This document shows positions 1 to 14,168 of a DNA stretch of 64,000 bases, piece by piece. Position 1 is the stretch's first letter. Every line of letters starts with the position of its first letter. The notes under the pieces are model-generated. The model was given only the letters and a program-made list of their open reading frames with translations, was not told the DNA's origin and did no database searches. The stretch comes from Pecten maximus (lineage: Eukaryota). Where the stretch lies: assembly GCF_902652985.1 (NCBI RefSeq), contig NC_047022.1:29078001-29142000 (forward strand), in the 5' to 3' direction. The position numbers and the translations under genes were made by a program.

Positions 1-47
1 TTATAACATGGTTCCTGAGTGGTAGGTCACAATGGATTTAAGTCAGT

Positions 48-290
48 AAAATTTCGCCTCGCTACGGCGCTCGCATTATCACTAACTTACTGGACCCCCT
101 CCCCTTTCTAAAATCCTGGGTCCGCACCTGGGAAAGATGGTTTTGTCATATTTCTTGAGGATATCTCTGCTGCTGCCTAAACAAGAAAAAAATGAAAATG
201 GATGCTGTTCATATCTTTATTTCACAGAAAGTGGGTTACGGCGCTCGCATTATCACTAAATTACTGGACCCCAATCCCCCACTTTCCAAC
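48..290 (+). repeat. GC-rich dispersed repeat fragments (tacggcgctcgcattatcactaa..ctggacccc)
   Basis: Two copies here; same family as 33900-34900. Confidence 0.65.
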
Positions 291-748
291 TCTATTTGAT
301 GCTCTCGTACGCTTTTAAGATATTCTTTTTGTCACTTTCTGGATTATTCTGATATTAAGTTAAAAAAATCCATTGTATCAAATTATACATTTATGATACT
401 GAAGCTTGTGTGGTTGTAAGCAATTTTGGTTGAACGGACATACTATTTCATAGGTCAATTCAATATAAAGGAAAACATTTCTCGGAAAAGGAGACGTAAA
501 ACAATACTGAATGGGTCGACCCGAACGATCGAAACATCCCATGTTGTTAATTGTACTTACTACTTATGAAGTATAAAGTGTGGTTTGATAGATGCTTTCT
601 TCAATGTTTATTACTATGTGTATACATTGCCGAACATAGACATTTAGCTTCGGCTTTGTAACATCTGCATCCGTTAATTTGTACGTCACCTGTGTATAAC
701 GTGAAAAAAAAAAAAAAAAAAAATGCAGCCATATCTGTAAGCTTTATT

Positions 749-1000
749 TAAGGAATGAAATTTATTTTTAAACATTCATGAGGTCATTGAAACATTGGTT
801 CTGGGCCTATTCCATAACTGGCGTTATTCCTAATGGTAACATGTTTTGAACATTTAGGAGAACGTTTCAATATTGGATTATTTAAATATCTAATGGGTCG
901 TGTTTATTTAAAAGAACACGAGACGAAGAAAAATCCGACAGTGGAGAGTACTACTCGTGGAAACATGGTCCCTGACATTACTGCATACTGTGATAAGGCA
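749..1000 (+). repeat. Dispersed ~250-300 bp repeat, copy A
   Basis: aaggaatgaa..catgaggtcat..aacatttaggaga..ccgac..ggagagtactac shared with 17408-17645 and 24207-24515. Confidence 0.7.
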
Positions 1001-1263
1001 TATTGTGAGTTCATTGGTTTAGATTTCCTGATTGTACTGCAACCGTGTCTTGATTTCCGTTTATCAATTATTTCGGATTTGTATCTATTGGTTTAGTTTT
1101 CATGTGTATTTGTTTGGTTTTAACATTAATTATTCCACAACATATGTTGATTTGTCTATTGGTTTTCATTTTCACATTGATTTGGTTTTTTGCTATTTCC
1201 GCCGCCCATACAGGAGACATGCTATCTCCTAAATAGACGGTGATTCCATGCCATCAGTGCCAT

Positions 1264-3520
1264 CTAGGAGCTACAGTTTATGTATGGATTGTTAAACTCC
1301 AGCCAAATCTGAATGATTTCCTCTGGGGTATTCCTGTGACCAGATATTGCATGTTTGTACGAACATCCTCGAGGGGGGCGATACAGACACGAGAAATCCC
1401 AATTGTCAATGATATTAGCTTTTATCCTTTTTCTGCATAAACCAGTTATGTAAACATCTTCAAGCCAAAAGAACGGTTCGAGGAATGTTGATTCGTATAA
1501 CTTGGTCAAAATATCACCGGAAATGACGTAGCTCGTTCCACTGGTGTAGTATGGGTAAAACCTGTCACGATACATTTGCTCTGAGGTGTACCATTTTGAA
1601 GTTTTGTTGCGAATCGGGTTTGATGCCGCGATTCTTTGTCCTATCACAGCATTACGTATCTGAGTGGCGTTTAAGTAGTCGATAAGGTACGGTACATTTA
1701 CAAACATATCGTCATCAACCTTTAAAAGATAACTTGTCTTTACACAAAATTTACTTGTCCACTTTAACATAAATATAGATTTCAAGGTAAGATTTCTATA
1801 TGAATCCACAAAGTTATCTTGAACAATATCGTGATAATGCTTGCTCTCATTTAAAATGGCGCGTTGAATTGTCGTATCGTTCGGGTTTCCTATGATAAAA
1901 ATGAGCTTCACTTTATTGTTATTATGCACGATTGATCCCCAGGTGTTCCGAATAGCATCGCGTTGTTTAAAACCAGACGAGGAAACACAGACTGCAATAA
2001 GTAAGAACGTTTCTTCACGCCCCTTACTGCATGTGTCATCTTCTCGAATGATGAATGGTAGTCGATCGTCTGTACTGTGTTGTGTTTGGAAATGAAGTAA
2101 TTCCTTTGGTTCCTTTAATATAGAAAATGGAGGCTGTTTAGAAATAAGTTTGAAATGGGCGATATCTGTTAGAACCATTGATAGCAGAATGTAGGCAACA
2201 GCAGCAAGAATGAACATCCCAATCCAGTAATGGACCATCTTCCGTTTGGTAAGTTTTACTGTCGGCAGACGATCGTTCTGAAAATTAATCAATATCCAGT
2301 CAAGTGCGTAACAATTCGATTAAATATACAGCAAGAAGAGGAGTTTCAAGTTTTGTATGAAAGTCATACGGTACGTTGTGTCAATGTATTCAACAAAAAA
2401 ATGTTTTCAATTAAGTCCTACACTTTGACATTCGCGCACTTCCATCCGGGCTAACAAGCAGGATTAATATCAGGTAATATAAGTTGTTTTCGCATTTTTG
2501 TTACATGTTTGATTTCAGTTAAATCGATAATTATAGCGCAAGTTTCATTTGTATTCTTTATAGCACAAAGCACCTGTACACCACAGTAATATATATATAG
2601 ATTACAATTTAATATTATATCACACTCATTATAATATAACAAAATAATACCTATAACACCCTGACAGTCAAATAAATATGTTTCCGTAACACATCGACTG
2701 TAGTGTAGACATATCATTATAAAAAAACATATTTTTCACACTTTTTAATTCGCTAAAATAGTGTCACGTGATTCCCGATAAAAGTCATAGTGACCGACCG
2801 TGCAGACAAACTGGTAAAAATGGGGGTTAACAGGATGTTTCATAAAATAGAATAATGAATTACTTCTCCTTGGTATTATACAACAGTGTAAAATATCTTG
2901 CACGTTTTTGAAACATGACAAACAATTACCTTAATTGTTAGAATATTAAATTATCGTGAGTAGTAATTGGATGTCTTTGAATGCATTTAATGTATTAGTT
3001 TACTTTGGATTGTTTAGTGTTTAAAATATTATGCAAATATAGCTGTTTTAAGAGTCGATACATGGTTTTATCAACCTGAAACAAATATCGACCTATAGTA
3101 CACTGACAGTATTGTAGACAAAATAATATATACAATGTATATAAACATTGACGATAGTGTAGACACAACAATGTATACATGTACATACAACATTGACGAT
3201 AGTGTAGACAAAATAATATATATAACACATTGACAGTGTTGTAGACAAAATAATATATATAACACATTGACAGTATTGTAGACAAAATAACACCTAAAAC
3301 ACAGACAATACTGTAAACAAAATAACATCTATAACACATTGGCAATATTGTAAACAAAATAACATCTATAACACATTGGCAATATTGTAACACAAATATG
3401 TGTTTGTTTGTTATTAAATAAATTCGTTTGTATATACTTTTAATGCGTGAAATGTTTTTAAAAACAAAATGTAATTATGAATGAACTCATCAACGTGTAT
3501 ATCAATTTACTCACCTCCAT
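1264..3520 (-). CDS. Beta-1,3-galactosyltransferase (GT31 / B3GALT1-like), ~339 aa type II membrane protein; join(3520..3515, 2277..1264)
   Basis: GT31 motifs RDAIRNTWG, FVDSYRNLTLKS, KVDDDMFVNV (DxD), PYYTSGTSYVIS and LEDVYITGL, with an N-terminal TM segment YWIGMFILAAVAYILLSMVL. The ORF-track start at 2292 is TTG. An acceptor ttttcag precedes 2277, and an upstream aaaATGGAG|gtgagt exon (3520-3515) joins in frame. An alternative ATG lies at 2238. Confidence 0.9.
3085..3393. repeat. Degenerate minisatellite (~37 bp) in the galactosyltransferase intron
   Basis: Recurring aacacattgacagtattgtagacaaaataa. Confidence 0.75.
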
Positions 3521-3576
3521 TTTTCTTGTTTTAGTTCCAATGGACAGTAAGTAACCTGTGCGCTTAAATCTTAGAC

Positions 3577-3585
3577 CTATATAGT
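3577..3585 (-). promoter_or_regulatory. Candidate TATA box of the galactosyltransferase gene
   Basis: CTATATAGG on the minus strand about 60 nt upstream of the ATG at 3520. Confidence 0.3.
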
Positions 3586-4641
3586 TTACGTGTTACGATA
3601 TTTATCAGATAGGTATCACCTTGATACAAAATGTTTTCTCTGGAAATCTTTACCAATGATATCAGAGTAACTCCATAATACAATTTCTATCGTCTTTTGT
3701 GTCCACAACACGCTACCACTGATACGATTGTACTGGACATCCGCCTGAACGTCAAACCCCAGGGTATAGTTAGTCGACATGTCGATATTAACAATGAATT
3801 TAATGACACTGCCAAGATCATGTTTGGACATAAAGACTTTACCACAGTTTGTAAATGACAAGATTCACTTGTACATTACAAAAAAAAACACCTTAAAATC
3901 TGAGTTGCTTTCATGAAGAAAATAAAAGAATCCCAGATAGACAACACAACATTTTTCTTTCATCATTTTAATCTTAAGCGATAATACGTATTTATGTGAT
4001 CAATGAAGTCACCAATACCACATACGTATGTAGGTATACTATTAACATTATCACCAGAAGACTACACCTCCGCCAGATATTTAGCTTGGTTAGATGTGAC
4101 ACAATGCATGTGCTGCCATTATTGTCATTATTAAATCACGTAATGCATTTAAATTGTTTGACATTTGACAAAGAAATAAAAAGGCGACGCATAAAATAAC
4201 GCCTTACAGTTACCTTATAAAGAAAACAATTTGAAATATATAAATTATAAACAGAAACGGAAAATTCGAAGGGCGGAGGTGTGGTGATTGGTGGAAAATG
4301 GGATCTCGAAACATTCGGAATGCGTGCGATTAAATACCGTGACCCACCTTAGAGTCTCCAAAAATGCTAACATAAACTTATCTATTTCCAATAAATGCTA
4401 TTTTACAATTGATATTGAATCCAAATTTACTGAATTATTATCAAATAGTGCATGCATCTAGAAGCAAATTGTGGTATTGCAGCTTGGGAGCAATTAGCGA
4501 TAAGTACAGTACATTGGAACAACTGAGTAGAAATTAAACAATCAAATTTTACAGGTAAATATATAAGCCGCATTTTTTTTGCTCGCTAAGGCTCGCCAAT
4601 TTTGTCTTTTTTTTTTACCCTCGCCAAAATACAACTTATAT

Positions 4642-4840
4642 TTAAAGACACCAACCAGATATTCTCTATATATTAACAAATAAGCCAGAAAATATATAGT
4701 GGTCTGACAGTGACACACCAAATATAAGGATAGTGTTTTCCATTACATATTATTTGTAGCTACCTATTGTGTTCATAAAATTTGTATCGTATTATTTGAA
4801 ATAGTATGTGTTCAATTTATTGTTTCTGGTATGTCTTTAA
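4642..4840. mobile_element. Putative TTAA-flanked MITE (Kolobok-like termini)
   Basis: ttaaagacaccaaccag ... ctggtatgtctttaa imperfect TIRs. Confidence 0.4.
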
Positions 4841-6657
4841 GTACACACTATGTAGACATACACAAACCCAAATTAAAACATACAAAAATATCATTCAAAT
4901 AGTAAAGATACCTCTCATTTGAAGAGAGCCATAAACACACAAATAGAGAAAGATATCTGACTTTCAGATCTCCTTTTGCTGTCACTATTTAATTTTTCAT
5001 TCCATTATTCTTTCTACCAAATGAGATTTTCAGAAATCAAAGAAATGAATTAATTAATCAAAATGTAGGAATGATGTGTGTATGTTTATGTTTGAGTAAC
5101 CTCCCTTAAATGTTAGTTATATGTATTTTTTTCATTTCAAAGTAAATTTACATATCTAATTTTATATTTATGCGATCCACTTGCCACCTAAGGAGAGAAT
5201 GTATATAGGCTTGGCCTGTTATTTAATCCTTTTGACTAATACCATCAAATGTCAATAAAATTTGTTGAAATGAAAATGAATTAATTTTGAAAACAAAGTA
5301 AGCAATGTATAAACTTGTTAATAATATCATATCAATATTTTAATATTAAAATGTTGAATTGAATCTTTATTATCTTAGATATTATAACATGACAGAGATT
5401 TATATTTGTATGTATACATAATTTGGGTGCTGGAATACAGTGTAAGAGCGTGCAATAAATTGTACATGGTATTTTATAACAGAAAAGTATGGGATAATTG
5501 AAACTTTATACATTGGTAGTCAGGGTAGGTTTATACAAGTATGCAAGTAGTGAAACCGAAGTCTATCTGAAATAGAATGATGTGGAACATGTATGATATG
5601 AGCACAGATTATAGTTAAAGTTACTGAATTGCAAGTTAATTAGCATGCTGCAAATTATAATTCCTATGGACGTGAAAAAGAATCTGTATGACTAAACTAT
5701 GAATAACAGTTTAACAATGCTATGAAAGTATGAATTGATAACATTTTGTAACTGGACAATTTTATTGTAAATTAAAGGAAAGTATCCTAGCTAGGGGCCC
5801 TAGTTGTAACTAGTAAGTGTCGAATCTTTTATCGACACCAGTGTGTGGAGCCAAAACAACCGCCACATGGGATGCTTGCAGGTCATGTCAAAACAAACAC
5901 TGAACAACACTTGAAACTGAATTTGAGTCGCAAAGGGTATATTGTTTTCGTTAGTATTCTTTCATTCGATACAACTATCTTTTTGCATTAATCGCCACTT
6001 TTAAAGAGAACGAATGATTGTTTAAAACTTAATTTGTAAGATATCAGAAGTATGTCATAATGAATTATTCCATAACGGCGAACAGTCTTTAAACAATAAC
6101 TTTTCGGAAGTCCAGTAATCAACAAGAATATGAACCCGACTATCATATAACATGTCTTTGCCTGAATATTAAGTCCCGAGTCGTGTTAGTGGTCGCAATG
6201 GTATCGCATCGTAATGACTGACAGTAAAAGTGTATTATATCAATTTTGGTCAGGCGCTCAAACAGTCACATGATGCAGATTGCTTACACAGTATATTCAG
6301 GGACTGAGATTTGTATACTTAGCTTATAAGACGTGTGAGTTTTAGTTCAGTTGGATAGCATTGCATTTCTCAAGTAATCTCTCATTGGTATAGTTAATGA
6401 CGTGAAAGTGGAGAGTATAGGTCACCTTACTAGCTCAGGCTAGCGAGAATCTCCATTTAGCGTAGTAGTAGGCTGTTTGTCTTGAGAGTGAGAAGCCGTT
6501 AGTTCAAATTTAGTGCATCCATCATGTCATGTAGTGTTGACCATTTAGAATGCTGTAATAAATCAAAGCTGGCGCAGTTAACCATAAAAGCGTGATGTGG
6601 TTGTGTGCACGTATGTGATAAATGATACGGTAGTATAGACTATAATGGAGTTTTCTA

Positions 6658-7497
6658 TGACAAGCCAAGTTGCCATTTATTCGCGGAGCAATGTTGATCC
6701 CTGGTATTTTACCAAATTATATAAGATATCTTATATGTTTATGAGATATCTTATTTAAAGTTTATAAGATGAAATATGTAACATATCTTATACAGTACAC
6801 TTTTATTTATAAGATACAGTTTTGTAAGATACAATGTTTGTTATATATTATATAAGATATCTGATATAATATATAACATGTCTTATATCTTTCACAAGAT
6901 ATCTTATAAACTTTTCTTTATGAGATATCTTTTAAAGTATATAAGATATCTCATAAAAGATATAAGATATCTTATATAATATATAACGTGATTCTCGTGA
7001 AACCGGCAAAACCTAAAAGTTCGAGATTGACTGCTCCATCTATAATGTAAATTCCGTTTTGTTGGAAGACACGCGGAACATACACAATCCACCCTCTGTC
7101 GCGACCACGATCGGCTAGACGCGGAGCAGATGTCGTGTTCGAGCAATAATGAATATATTATAAAACTGTTTTAAACCATTATATTATGCAGTTTCCGCTT
7201 CATCTCGGCTCCTTCATCGAGAGGAAAGTTCATTATCTCAAATTCAAATCTCGCTCTTTATAAGATGTCTTATAAACGAGTTATATCATATAACTTATAT
7301 AATTTCCTTTATAAGATATCTAATATAATATATAAGATATCTCATATAATACATAAGATATCTTATTTAATTTTCTTTATAAGATATCTTATATCTTTAA
7401 TGATATATCTCATTTATTATATAAGATATCTTATATATAATTTGGTAAAATCCTGGATCAACGTTGCTCCGTGAATAAATGACATCTTGGCTTGCCA
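6658..7497. mobile_element. Foldback/MITE-like element with long TIRs and internal ATAAGATATCTTAT sub-repeats, flanked by TA
   Basis: Left end tgacaagccaagttgccatttattcgcggagcaatgttgatcc is the near reverse complement of right end ggatcaacgttgctccgtgaataaatgacatcttggcttgcca. Both arms are built from palindromic sub-repeats around a unique core of ~260 bp. Confidence 0.8.
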
Positions 7498-7758
7498 TAA
7501 TTTTCACTATTTTTTCTTGCATCATGGATACTATATCTTGTAGATGTACATTGTAATAGCAGTTAAATCTGTCATATTTGTTATAAATCATAAACTTGGT
7601 AAGAAAATAAATGCAGTGCCTTGTTTATTGCCTTGCGGGTCATATAGGCCTAAGTAAGGACGAGTTGAAATCGTGGAAATTCTTATTATAAGTGGACAGG
7701 GAGATCACCCTCTTTGGGCCCCACAGAACATAAACATCCGTGCTTAGGTAGATACAAG

Positions 7759-10601
7759 ATGGCTGACGCACCAGACGTATCGGCTGATTTAGAGGCGATC
7801 AAAAAGAAGTTTTCCGGCAAATGGAAGCTTAGAAACAGTGAGGGACTGGACGAATATCTCAAATTTATAGGTATGCTGTTATCAGTGAAAGTATGCGTAC
7901 CATTTTGGCCGAGTTCAGTCAACTTTCGGTTTTGTATGTCGTACCATATGACACGTGATCGGAGCCGTGTTATATATAGGTATCGACGACGTTTTACTGG
8001 TGTATTGCTGTATACACACCGTGGTCCGCTATACTGGTTTATAAACATGACCTGCTGTGATATGCAACCACCTACGTGTAGCCACTATTCAATTTACACT
8101 CCATAGTCACATAATGTCAGGAAATAGGACGCTATCGTTATATCATGTAAAGACATTTCTTTAACCATTTCTTTCTCTTTAAAGCTTTTACAATGCATTG
8201 CTTACTTATATGGGTCTATACAAGTTACTGTGTATCTAGTGTGGTTATACACTGTATGTGTAAGTACACATTACTATAATATCATAAAACGGAATGGGAG
8301 AAATTTTGCTTATTGGCCAATATTTAGTGGATATAACAATACAAATGTAGCTGTAGCCGGTCATCTTTCGGGCATGTTTTGCATCTATTTATCACAAATG
8401 ATATCATAGTTAGAAACATAATTTCTGCCATACTTCACACAGAATCTCCAGAAAGACACTAAGCACTCCCCACCGGGTAGATAGAGGACAAGAAAAGGGT
8501 TTCGTGATGATTATATAGGGTTTTGTGATAATTATATAGGGTTTTGTGATATTATATAGGGTTTGGTGATGATTATATAGGGGTTTTGTGATGATTATAC
8601 AGGGTTTGGTGATGATAATATAGTGTTTTGTGATGATTATATAGGGGTTTTGTGATGATTATATAGGGTTTTGTGATAATTATATAGGGTTTGGTAATGA
8701 TAATATAGGGGTTTGTGATGGTTATATAGTGTTTTGTGATGATTATATAGTGTTTTGTGATGATTATCAAATCAATATTAGCTCTAATGGATCTAATTCA
8801 AAATTTGTTTTGAAAAGTGTTAATATTTTGTGTGTCTTAAGTACAATCCTTTTAAAGTCCTTACATTGTTTGACGCATACCTTAAAATATACCATCGGAC
8901 GGTTAAATGCGATTTTTGTTCAACTGCTGGTTCTAAGACATACACGAAAGAGGAGCTATAACCAAACGTGATAACCAACTGCTTGGTTGCGATTGTCCAT
9001 TGTCATTGGCTAGTTATAACAGCTAGATATGGCGTCCTTCTTGAATCAATAAATAATAGTTGTGATAAAAGAAAACCGTTTTATGTTGCACTAACGTTTT
9101 GATATTGTTGTCCGATTAATTTCCAGGTTTAAACTTCGTGTTCAGAAAGGTTGCCACAGCAGCTAGTTGTACCGTGGACATTTCTGTAGAGGAAGACAAA
9201 ATCCGCTTAATCACCCATGGACCCAAGACCTCTAACGACGTCTTCAATCTCAACACGGAATTGGAGGACACGGATCCTGTAGGCAATGAAATGACGGTAC
9301 GCATATCTCGAACGTTATAATGAACGATGTGAAAGGGGAATAGGTTCCTTGGAGGTCATTGTATATTCTGACCTAAAGTTATTTGATTGTTTAAGGACCA
9401 AACATTGAAGGTAAGCATGTCGTTTTTACTGCAGAATGAGTTTAAGGAATATTATAATTCATCATACAGCTGTTTGTCCTTCCAAGACTATTCAGTGATG
9501 TTAGGGACATCATATAGCTGTTTGTCCTTCTAGGACTCATCAGTGATGTTAGGAATATTATACAGCTGTTTGTCCTTTTAAGACTAGTGACAGTAATGTT
9601 AGGAACATTATACAGCTGTTTGTCCTTCTAAGACTAGTTAGTGATGTTATGGACATTGTAAAGCTGTTTGTCTAAGGACTCGTCAATGATGTTAGGGACA
9701 TATCATACAGCTGTTTTCCATCTAGGTCCTGTCAGTGATGCTGAAGCTAAACGTGAAAATATAAAAGAGGAGACAAGAAAAGATATGTTTTATTAACCAA
9801 GCAAATACCAGCATTCCAATACAATCGCAACATGTCGAGAGAATGAAATCGAGATGTTCCGATTGGATTTCAACCACGCTGTTCTTCATTTCAAACCTGA
9901 ATAGTGGGACCGTATCTTACTTCATAGAAAAGTGTAACACGCATTCGTCTATTAGCTGTAGTCAGGTTACCTGTGTGTTTTCTATAAATGTTTCATTTCA
10001 CATTATTTCAAATAAAAGTATTAAAAGACGAACGAAAATATTAAATCAATGTTAATGAGACGTAGTAACAAGATAATATTATTAGGATTGATGTGTTTAT
10101 GGGAAAGATGAGGATACAATGCAAGTGCAGTAACAGTAGTATGCGTATTGGGTTTATTTTATCATCTCATTCTCGTCTATTTCTATTGACTACACAGGCT
10201 GTAGTGACTTTTGAGGGTGGTAACTTAGTAACCAACTCCAAACCGAGAAATAAATCCAAGGCGAAGGAGACAAAAGTCACTAGGGAAATCATCAAAGGGG
10301 ATGATGGGAAGGATGAGATGATTATGGTAAGTGAAGGTCACTCAAATATATTTGATAGTACATTAAATATATGTGCTTTATAACAGCATTATGTTGTGTT
10401 GAAATTGTTATTTATTTCAGATTTCAAAAACATTTCAATCTCATTATTTGATAATAGTTTGATCAACACATTATTTAATGATCTGAGAACAAAACTAACA
10501 ATTTGTTGATACTTGCCTGATATTTGCGAATAATTTTTGTTATACAGACAGTGAATGCTGGGACATTGGTGATGAAGAGGTTCTTTGTTAAACAACCATG
10601 A
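7759..10601 (+). CDS. FABP/iLBP-family lipid-binding protein, copy 1 (154 aa); exons 7759-7870, 9127-9296, 10198-10326, 10548-10601
   Basis: FSGKWKL..SEGLDEYLKFIG signature, FRKVA, VTREI and MKRFF. Canonical 4-exon FABP structure with GT-AG introns of phase 1,0,0 and an uninterrupted frame to TGA. Confidence 0.9.
8497..8768. repeat. 21-22 bp minisatellite
   Basis: (gtgatgattatatagggtttt)n. Confidence 0.85.
9460..9742. repeat. ~48-bp degenerate minisatellite, ~6 copies
   Basis: atacagctgtttgtccttctaagact..cagtgatgttaggaacat. Confidence 0.75.
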
Positions 10602-10895
10602 TTAATGATATACAGATGTGAATATCCCCTTTTGTATGGGTATTAGCAGCAAAAATGTCAGGAATAAAGGATATCGAACCTGTTAAAATTCTGAATGTCG
10701 GATCTAAATTATAGCATTAAAACAACACATACTGACTAGTTTGATTAAGGTGGTTTATGTAGATAGATGCTGAGTACGTGTTGAGATGGGTATTTCTTTG
10801 GCACATAAAGGGCTGCAACAATTAAAACTATACATATGCCTGAATCCCATTCTGTGGTGCTCTGATATATTTCCACGCCGCTGAACCTTCATTCA

Positions 10896-11775
10896 GTGTA
10901 CATGGCAACCCGACAATGGTTGTCGTTATCATTGTTATACACTTTAGTGTACCTGGTAACCATGGTTGTCTTTGTTAATGTTATTCTCCTGCGTGTACCT
11001 GGTAACCCGACAATGGTTGTCTTAAACATTGTTAAACACCTAAGTGTACCTAGTAACCATGGTTGTCTTTATCATTGTTAAACACCTTTCTGTACCTGGT
11101 AAACATGGTTGTCTTTATCAATGTTATTCTCCTGAGTGTATCTCGTAAACATGGTTGTTTTAATCATTGTTATACACGTGAGTTTACCGGGTAACCATGG
11201 TTGTCTTCATCATTGTTATACACGTGAGTTTACCTGGTAACCATGGTTGTCTTTATCATTGTTATACACGTGAGTTTACCTGGTAACCATGGTTGTTTTA
11301 ATCATTGTTATACACGTGGGTGTACCTGGTAACCATGGTTGTCTTATCATTGTTAAACACCTGAGTGTACATGCAAACCATGGTTGTCTTTATCGTTGTT
11401 ATGCACCTAAATGTACATAGTAACCATGGTTGTCTTTATCATTGTTAAACACCTTTGTGTACCTGGTAAACATGGTTGTCTTTATCAATGTTATTCTCCC
11501 GAGTGTATCTCGTAAACATGGTTGTTTTAATCATTGTTATTTACGTGAGTTTACCTGGTAACCATGGTTGTTTTTATCATTGTTATACACGTGAGTTTAC
11601 CTGGTAACCATGGTCGTCTTTATCATTGTTATGCACGTGAGTTTACCTGGTAACCATGGTTGTTTTAATCATTGTTATACACGTGAGTTTACCTGGTAAC
11701 CATGGTTGTCTTTATCATTGTTAAACACCTGAGTGTACCTGGTAACCATGGTTGTCTTTATCATTGTTATACACA
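10896..11775. repeat. 46-bp minisatellite, ~19 copies
   Basis: (cacgtgagtttacctggtaaccatggttgtctttatcattgttata)n. Confidence 0.9.
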
Positions 11776-14168
11776 TGAGAATTATCAAGGAAACGCGATG
11801 TGACCTCCGGTGTACTGGAAGTACTATTGCAAGTTCGAATTCGACCTCCTCGCCGAAAGGATTCGCTTTGCAAAAATACATGGCATCACAGTGCATCATC
11901 TGTCTGAGAGAAACGGCACAAAGTCGGGTCATCAAATTCTAGTGATGTGGGGAAATTTCCACAATGAACACAAAGATCATAGCATAATGAGAGTGCAGTA
12001 CGGTTATTGAATTGTGTCAGTATATATAAAAAATCTTTCCACTCAACCGAATTTCTTTTTCCTATCACTATTCACTATTCTTTGTATGGAGGAAGGTAAT
12101 TGACATTTGAATATGAATCATATTAATTTCATGTTTTGCGGATTTTGTCTTTGATGTGTTTCTCATTTTATGAGTTGTTTTTTGACAATTAACATTTTCT
12201 CTCTTTTATATGTTTATCTACATATTTAACACAGATCTTCTATTGTTATATTTTTATACTTAACATTCCAATTGTTTATCTCTGAATAATTCAAATTATT
12301 CTGAAGCGTCTGGCTTTCTATTTCTGGGACACGGGTAAGTTTGGAAAGGGAGGAATTATATCAGTTTAAAAATCAGTGGACAAAACTATGAATATAATAT
12401 ACTTTTTGTTTATTTGGAAGGTTTTTCGTTTTCGTTTCATCACCATTTGCCCTATTTTAAAGATTTTGTATGAATACTCACGTTGATTCTGCAAGTTGAC
12501 TTGTAAAGTGGTTTTGTTTATAAAAAAAATTGAGTTTTACTTGTGGTATTGCCGACTGTTGACGGGGCCATGCTCTCCTATAGTTAATGAGGGGAGCTTA
12601 GAATAAGTACGGCAGACAGCTTATCCGAGTCATACCAGTACTGGATGAGGGGGTGCACACTTAGTCATATTCTACACTTTTATTTTGCATAATATAGTGT
12701 CAACAGGGTTCATAGATAAGTTATCGTGTTAATTCTATGATGTGTCATCATTTCCTTATACGACGATTTTATTTAAAATAATTGGGTATATTACTAAAAG
12801 GCTTAAATCTTTGTAAGCTTTACATATATTATAGTAGTTAGTTTTAATCTTACATTATTTGATTCCTCTTTTATTCACAAATAAAACCTATTTTCTGAAA
12901 TTCGACGTGTGTACTTTTTGTTATTAATCGAAATCTTTAAAATCAATGGTTTCCTTGAAATACCCTTTCTGCATCATGGAATGGTTGTGAAGAATCTTCA
13001 TATTGATCAATTATATTATTGGTTTTAGACTGATCAGTTGCTCAGGTTATATACAAAACTAATTAAGCTTAATTTCTATTAGAAACAACACAGTAAACGC
13101 TTAAAGAAAATTCTGCTCTGAGAGTGGCACACTTTAATTTCAATCGTGTCATCTGCTTCAAATTTCTTTTTCGGTATGTTTCCTTGCTGACATCCGATTC
13201 GTACTAAAATATTGATTTAATGACCTCTCTGTTATTGGGATATAATTTTACAACGCCACCAATTGTTACGTATCACTTGTTTCTATTTAATCGCATTTTG
13301 TCAAATTTAACTAAAATTCTAAATGTCCAAAGGTAATACTGGTTTTCCCATTTCTTTGACGTTCTTCACATGTGATGCCACTTCCTCCATGAAAATGGCA
13401 CATTATTTCTAAATTAAATGTCAACGCGCGATGAAAGGCGTTTTCCTCAACAGATAATGTATAGATAAACAATGTTGTAATATATAAGTTTGTCCTAAAA
13501 CTAAAAGTTGTGTTTTGTTATGGTGAGACTGAGAAATATTCTTCAGGAAATTTAGGTTGTCCTTGGATTTTACTTGCTGACGGCAGTGTTTTTGTTCGCA
13601 GGATTATTATTTCAGCTAAATTAATAAATAAATAAAAAAGGTAAAATGAGAATGGAAGCTTTAAAGTGTTCCCTAAGCCACTGGACCACTATCTCATAGG
13701 AAAACCTTAACACCTGTATAAAAATGTGCATGGATGTATTGAGTAATAGCGATAGGTACACGTCGATATATTACGCAAAAAGAGTAAAATCTAAATGGAA
13801 GTATCGAAATATTACCCGATATGTACGGTATGGCCCTGTCGTCCAAACAGACGGTAATTTATTGATCTGTCATCCCGAGTCATTTCGACTGCTTTTAACA
13901 GTTCAATGCTTAATTGAAATGCCGTCTTAAAACCTCTATCATTATACCTACACTGTACATATAAAACCCTTCTTTGTGTCTCATGCAGGCATTTCACAAT
14001 CTGACACTTCTCCTGAACTCGAACTGGAACGACAGGTAATATACAACACAATTACATGACTTGTGAGGAAACTAAAATAGATGTAACTGTAAACGTCGGA
14101 CGACATGCTCGTTTACCCACGGCTCTCATTCAATTTCGTAAGGTAGACACTTCTATAGGAATAAAAAG

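Noticed and set aside
2238-2292. ORF-track start of the galactosyltransferase at 2292
   Set aside because: It is a TTG inside the intron acceptor region, not a plausible eukaryotic start
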